A stretch of 64,000 nt of DNA from Spartobacteria bacterium (GTDB lineage: Bacteria; Verrucomicrobiota; Verrucomicrobiia; Chthoniobacterales; UBA6821), in contig CANKWU010000006.1 of assembly GCA_947487385.1 (NCBI GenBank), positions 24,274 through 88,273 on the forward strand. Reading direction: 5' to 3'. Each line of letters starts with the position of its first letter. Position 1 is the stretch's first letter. Both the position numbers and the translations under genes were made by a program. This document shows positions 60,572 to 64,000 of this stretch, in pieces. Below the pieces are notes generated by a model that saw only the letters and a program-made list of their open reading frames with translations, did no database searches and was not told the origin of the DNA.

Positions 60572-61810
60572 ATGGATCCCGAACTCCCCACATTTTTCCA
60601 GCGGAAAGTCTGCTGGTCGGCCTTGACGGCCGTGGCTGCCCTGACTTTCATCTCCGTTATTCTGGTCGCGGGCTGGAGTATCGTTTCTGCGTGCGGTTAT
60701 CTGAAGCCTGTCCTCACCCCGATTGCGATCGCGGCAGTCCTCGCCTACCTGCTGACTCCCGTTGTCGGCCTGCTCTGCCGATGGAGAGTCCCGCGCACCT
60801 TAGCCGTAATCGTGGTCTTTGTCCTCTTCACAGCGGGTCTGGCACTCATTGGCATCACAATAGCTCCTGCCCTCGAGCATCAAGGGAGTGTTTTTGCCAG
60901 CCGCATCCCCTCATACAGCCAGAGCATCTCGTTCCTTGCCAAACAATCAGCCGCTGAACTTCAGAAGTTGGGGGCTTTGAAGGCCAGTAAGTCAACAAGC
61001 CAGCAAGTCGCGGCAAACCATGCCCCCATCTTCCCACTCGAAGATCTCACGCCTGATCGCATCAAACTCTACGGGATCGAGCTTGCAAGTAACGGCCTCT
61101 CATGGGTGCAGGAGAAGCTCCCGACGATCGCTTCGGCCACCGCAATGTTCCTGCAAAAAAGCATTGGGGGCGTCTTCGGTCTCCTCGGGTTCCTGCTCAG
61201 CCTGATTCTGGTGCCTGTGTTCCTCTTCTTCTTTCTACTCGAGTCACCGAATATCGGAACTCATTGGAGTCGTTACCTTCCTCTCAGGGCCTCACCGCTC
61301 AAGGAGGAGATCGTCTCGCTCTTCAACGAGATCAATGACTACCTGATTCACTTCTTCCGCGGTCAACTGTTGGTAAGCCTGATCGATGGCGCCGTTGTTG
61401 GCACAGCTCTGTTTCTCATCGTGCATCTCGACTTCTCCTTCCTGATAGGACTCATGGTCGGCATTCTCTGCCTGATTCCCTACCTTGGCATGGTCATCTG
61501 TCTGGTGCCCGCCCTTCTTATTGCGCTTGCCCAGTATGGTGATCTGATTCATCCGGTTTATGTGCTCATGATCTTCCTGGTGGTTCACAACCTTGACGGC
61601 ATCTTTATCTCTCCAAAAATCATCGGCGACTCGGTAGGCCTCCATCCGATGACTGTGATTGTCTCGGTCTTTGCCTGGACGATCGTCCTTGGAGGTCTCC
61701 TTGGCGCCCTGTTGGCGGTCCCCCTCACCGCCACGCTGAAAGTGCTTCTCCGTCGCTATTTTTGGGATCTCCCCCCATCCAAACCGTCCAGCCTGTCCAG
61801 CAATCCTTGA
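60572..61810 (+). CDS. AI-2E family transporter
   Basis: LAYLLTPVV, FFRGQ, IPYLG, SPKIIGDSVGLHP, GALLAVP. Confidence 0.9.
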   Translation: MDPELPTFFQRKVCWSALTAVAALTFISVILVAGWSIVSACGYLKPVLTPIAIAAVLAYLLTPVVGLLCRWRVPRTLAVIVVFVLFTAGLALIGITIAPALEHQGSVFASRIPSYSQSISFLAKQSAAELQKLGALKASKSTSQQVAANHAPIFPLEDLTPDRIKLYGIELASNGLSWVQEKLPTIASATAMFLQKSIGGVFGLLGFLLSLILVPVFLFFFLLESPNIGTHWSRYLPLRASPLKEEIVSLFNEINDYLIHFFRGQLLVSLIDGAVVGTALFLIVHLDFSFLIGLMVGILCLIPYLGMVICLVPALLIALAQYGDLIHPVYVLMIFLVVHNLDGIFISPKIIGDSVGLHPMTVIVSVFAWTIVLGGLLGALLAVPLTATLKVLLRRYFWDLPPSKPSSLSSNP

Positions 61811-61890
61811 ACATCAAGGAAACGAGTGAAGAGACCATCGATAAAACGACATTGACGGTGAGCGTCGAACTCCCCCTCTGATCACTCTCT

Positions 61891-62529
61891 CTAGCGGGGA
61901 ATAGGCGGCGGAAGCTCGGAGATCTGTTGCACCCATCCAAGCTTTTTGTAGAAAAAGCAGATGACAAATCCCGCAATGCCTCCCCCGAGATGGGCGAGAT
62001 GCCCGATCTGACGCTCGATTCCAAGGAACCAGAAAAGAAGGGAACCGACGATGACAAGCCATCCTAGCATGGAGGCTTTCATATTCACCGGGATCACAAA
62101 GAAAATAAGGGCGGTGATCTGGAGGTTTGGAAAAAGCGTTCCGAATCCAACGAGGAGGGCACAGACAGATCCGGAAGCCCCCACAAGATCGATACTTCCC
62201 GGTGTCACAAGGGTCTGAAGGAGCCCTCCAAACACGGCCCCCCCGAGATAAAGCAGAAGATAGCGGAGAGATCCCAGCAACTCCTCAAGGAGCGGACCGG
62301 TGAACCAGAGCGCTACCATATTCACGACAAGATGAAGCAGGTTACCGTGAAGAAATGCATGAGTGACAAACTGCCACCATCCCCCACCCGCCAATCCATC
62401 GCGACTCAGCGCCAAGTAAGGAAAGAGAGAACAATCGAAAAAGAATCGAAAAAGCTCCTCGGAGAGGAACAGCGTCAGGTTGATCCCGAAGAGGATCGCC
62501 GTGACGGGAGAGCGGCGCAGACGTTCCAT
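61891..62529 (-). CDS. Rhomboid family intramembrane serine protease
   Basis: WWQFVTHAFLHG..HL..NM, GASG, AHLGG. Confidence 0.92.
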   Translation of the reverse strand: MERLRRSPVTAILFGINLTLFLSEELFRFFFDCSLFPYLALSRDGLAGGGWWQFVTHAFLHGNLLHLVVNMVALWFTGPLLEELLGSLRYLLLYLGGAVFGGLLQTLVTPGSIDLVGASGSVCALLVGFGTLFPNLQITALIFFVIPVNMKASMLGWLVIVGSLLFWFLGIERQIGHLAHLGGGIAGFVICFFYKKLGWVQQISELPPPIPR

Positions 62530-62546
62530 GAACCCAAGAATAGTGC

Positions 62547-63443
62547 TCAACGTCTCCTTGGTGGTGGCGCCAGAACAGGAAGAGCCTCCGGACGCAGTGA
62601 AAAGGTCAACGGCAGATATCCAACCATCTCGCCATCGAGTTCGTAAGGCACCGGTTCCGCGGAGGAGAGTGCTAGGGATGATGTCTGGAAATATTCCACA
62701 TCCTTCAGATCGGTATGCTGACCGGTAAGAATGGCATGCATATAGCGAAGGAGATCCCAAGGACTCTGACTCTGAAAAACCAGGACATCAAGCAGGCCGT
62801 CCATCGGCGACCCCTGTCGGAACATGGTGAACGGGCCACCGTAGAAACGTCCATTCCCGAGTAACACGAACGAACCGGTCCGCACCCTCCCCTCCTCACA
62901 TTTCAGGGTAATGGGAGGAGGCTTTTGCCCCGCCACCTGCGCAAGCGAGAGAAGATAACTCAGGGGGCCGAGCGCTTTCTTTGATTCCCTAGTGGTGCGC
63001 CTCACCACCTCGGCATCGAGTCCCACGCCGGCCAACTGGACAAAACAACGCTCGACACCTTCCGCCGAACAGATTGGAAGATCGAGCCGGCGCACCTCTC
63101 CGTTCATGATGATTCGCCAAGCCTTCTCCAGTGCATTCACTGGAATGCCAAGTTCGACCGCAAAGACATTCATCGTCCCGACAGGGAGAATGCCGAGCGT
63201 CACGTCTTCGCCGCCAGCGGACATGATGCCATTCATCACCTCGTTGATCGTTCCGTCACCTCCTGCGGCGACAATCGTCGTGAACCCCTCCTCTACCGCA
63301 CTCCCAGCAATCAGTTCCGCATCTCCCGGCATGGTGCTCAGCCGCATTTCCACATCTCCGGAAATCTCGCGGATCCGTTGAGGGAGACGCCCCGCCTTGT
63401 CGCTATGGGCCGCCGGATTAAGGATAATGAGAGGATTCTTCAC
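62547..63443 (-). CDS. Diacylglycerol/lipid kinase (YegS/DgkB family)
   Basis: NPAA, GGDGTINE, PVGTMNVFA, GVGLDA, YGG, ELDGE. Confidence 0.92.
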   Translation of the reverse strand: MKNPLIILNPAAHSDKAGRLPQRIREISGDVEMRLSTMPGDAELIAGSAVEEGFTTIVAAGGDGTINEVMNGIMSAGGEDVTLGILPVGTMNVFAVELGIPVNALEKAWRIIMNGEVRRLDLPICSAEGVERCFVQLAGVGLDAEVVRRTTRESKKALGPLSYLLSLAQVAGQKPPPITLKCEEGRVRTGSFVLLGNGRFYGGPFTMFRQGSPMDGLLDVLVFQSQSPWDLLRYMHAILTGQHTDLKDVEYFQTSSLALSSAEPVPYELDGEMVGYLPLTFSLRPEALPVLAPPPRRR

Positions 63444-63479
63444 GCTTCACAATTGCTGCAGGACACTTAAATTGTTCTG

Positions 63480-64000
63480 GTGCGTCCGATTGCCAAGCCC
63501 TTTCTTATCTTCGGGACGATTATTTTTGGGGTATTCCTACTCCTGCTTCTTTCGTCGAATCTCATCCTGCAACTCCCGGGAATCAAAGATCAAATCCGAG
63601 CGACCCTGACATCAGCGCTTGGAACCCCGATCTCCTTCGAGAGCATCTCCCTGAGTCCCTCCTTCGGAATCCATCTTGGCGGAATCAGGACAACTGCCTC
63701 CGAGCAACTCCCAGCTGCCTCCGCCGATTCACTCACGGTGCATCCTTCATGGAGTGGCTTGCTGCATGGCGATCTCATCGCGAAGTGCATCGCTCTGGAC
63801 CACCCTTCGATCACCTTGAAGCTTGCCCCATCAACCAAAACGGCCCCTTCATCATCCTCTTCATCACTCCCGTCAACTCCCTTCATGCCGACGGCGGTGC
63901 CTTCTCAATCATCCCCCTCCCTTCCTGCGCAAGGAGAACCCGCGGAGAAAAAACCATTCTCCTCGGCAGACACCGCCCATCTGCTGACCGCACTCTCGAT
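63480..64000 (+). CDS. Probable AsmA-like protein, N-terminal part (runs off the window edge)
   Basis: Manual translation from GTG 63480: MRPIAKPFLIFGTIIFGVFLLLLLSSNL...IRATLTSALGTPISFESISLS; N-terminal TM followed by beta-rich sequence. Confidence 0.6.
   Translation, partial: MRPIAKPFLIFGTIIFGVFLLLLLSSNLILQLPGIKDQIRATLTSALGTPISFESISLSPSFGIHLGGIRTTASEQLPAASADSLTVHPSWSGLLHGDLIAKCIALDHPSITLKLAPSTKTAPSSSSSSLPSTPFMPTAVPSQSSPSLPAQGEPAEKKPFSSADTAHLLTALS

Overview
Gene-dense bacterial chromosome segment, mostly core genome. Gene content and style suggest a Verrucomicrobiota genome (inference). It carries a DEAD-box helicase, a HI0933 flavoprotein, cbiX, a GH3 glucosidase, a Pit transporter, tkt, aguA, trxA, prc, pilC plus a pseudopilin, an ECF sigma factor, tig-clpP-clpX-trmB, a peptide ABC transporter, ftsK-rodZ-like-rimO-mlaEFD, manA, carB, pgi-pgl, tsaE-tsaB-mrdA, aguB...hisBHA, a cyclophilin, ygfA, an AI-2E transporter, a rhomboid and a lipid kinase. 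I found no rRNA, tRNA, CRISPR array, prophage or defence island. The unexplained material lies between genes: (i) several short intergenic elements bounded by inverted arms made of 8-bp tandem units, in two unrelated sequence families; (ii) a 9-copy TTTAACCC array abutting a ~146-nt irregular hairpin upstream of the ECF sigma gene; (iii) decayed genes (hpt, beta-carbonic anhydrase, an internally deleted IS5-family transposase); (iv) a secreted two-repeat protein with a single in-frame TGA; (v) a sialate O-acetylesterase homologue lacking its catalytic Ser; (vi) an ~800-bp AT-rich orphan spacer. All calls come from reading motifs by eye, with no database searches. Several start codons were adjusted from the ORF track.
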